DNA from: Mobula hypostoma
Taxonomy: Eukaryota
Direction of reading: 5' to 3'
Assembly (NCBI RefSeq): GCF_963921235.1
Contig: NC_086097.1
Coordinates: 228,968,001 to 229,032,000, forward strand
Length of the DNA: 64,000 nt
Shown here: positions 62,889 to 64,000 of the stretch, piece by piece
Numbering within the stretch: position 1 is the stretch's first letter
How the letters are laid out: each line of letters begins with the position of its first letter
The notes under the pieces: generated by a model
Seen by the model: only the letters and a program-made list of their open reading frames with translations
What the model was told of the DNA's origin: nothing
Database searches by the model: none
Translations under genes and position numbers: made by a program

Positions 62889-64000
62889 GTCCTCCCTTTA
62901 TTAGTGCTGTCCAAAAGCAATCTGCACTTTTTAATTTTGGTCTCAATTTGGCTTCAGAAAAGCACACATAAAGGAATGTATAAAGTAAGGATATTTATTG
63001 AAAAGATGTAACATAATCAAGACCACTGATTTTGTTTCAATCCCACAAAATATTAACAAAAGCTTTAGCAATAGTATAAAGTAAAGGTACATTTAAGAAA
63101 GCAGGGACTAAGAGGTATGTATTACATTCATTATTTAAATGGATGTTTAAGGCATTAAGATAAACATTGTCTGAGAAACCTCCATCAGTCAAATGAGCTT
63201 TCAGTCAAATTTAGAGGAAAAAAAATCTGCTTGTATTTTGGTTTTTCTGAATTTACCCATAAATTTAAGAGGCAGTGTTGTGTCGTTTGCTTTCACGCAC
63301 CCTTAGAGATGGCGGTGGTCAAATACAGAAGGTCACACTTATCTACAGGTTTGCTACAATTTCATCCCAACTCAAAACAGCACTACTCCCGATCAAGATG
63401 TAAAACAGCATTTGGATCAGTGAGCCCAGACCAGGACTTCCAATGGCTCCAAACCAAAATCTCATATTGGAACCACTTCTAAACTATGGAGGCAGTTTTG
63501 CTTCCTTCCTCCATCAGTGGGCTTTAAAGTCAAAGACAAGTGATAAGATTACTCTGTCTGCAGCAACCTCTCTAACCCCAAACCCCCACCCCCATCAGGC
63601 ACAAAATCCTTAATCTTCCAAACACCAATGGTCTCCATGTTTAAAGATTAAACAGTTGAGCACCTTGCAGCCAAAGAAGTACACGGGATTAAACTGTCGA
63701 CCGTGTCTGGCATTTGGTTTAAATTTCAAGTGCTTTGCTTTTGAACAATTGCTCTGAACTCTAAACCAAACACATCGAGGCTAAGCCCTTATCTTGACTG
63801 CTCTTCTGCTGTACTTTCTCATCAGCCACTCCACAAAAACCAGCCCTGTGACTGAGCATTCAGGGAGCAAGCAAAGGGCAATTAGATCCATTTCCACCAC
63901 TGAGAGCAGGGATGCACAATAGAGCAGTTTTCTTTTAAGGGTGCTTAATATCTCTTCCAGACATTCCCTAACCATTTCCAGTGCTCAGTCTTACTTCCTT

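Noticed and set aside
63781..63975. 64-aa ORF at the window end
   Set aside because: Short, with no recognisable homology or splice signals

Overview
Eukaryotic, repeat-dense, essentially non-coding DNA, probably intronic or intergenic. The repeat families (CR1 and Rex1/Babar LINEs, V-domain tRNA SINEs, Neptune-type Penelope-like elements) suggest a cartilaginous fish (inference). No intact cellular CDS, RNA gene or CRISPR array is supported; nearly all recognisable ORFs are transposon fragments. The most interesting signal is a Penelope-like element (PLE) family: Cys-rich linker plus GIY-YIG endonuclease, a pyrimidine-rich 3' region, a minimal type-I hammerhead ribozyme (CTGA(C/T)GA-stem II-GAAACGTC) and a structured 3' tail. 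It occurs about 15 times. Several insertions are head-to-head pairs whose outward ends stop at two fixed points about 30 nt apart, inside 14-16 bp target-site duplications; the largest is a 1.75-kb near-perfect palindrome (16390-18135). Also present: nested transposon stacks, a TIR element with 6-7 bp TSDs, a solo LTR, a Harbinger-like MITE, a 33-bp minisatellite and low-confidence minus-strand exon candidates. Boundaries of old elements are approximate.
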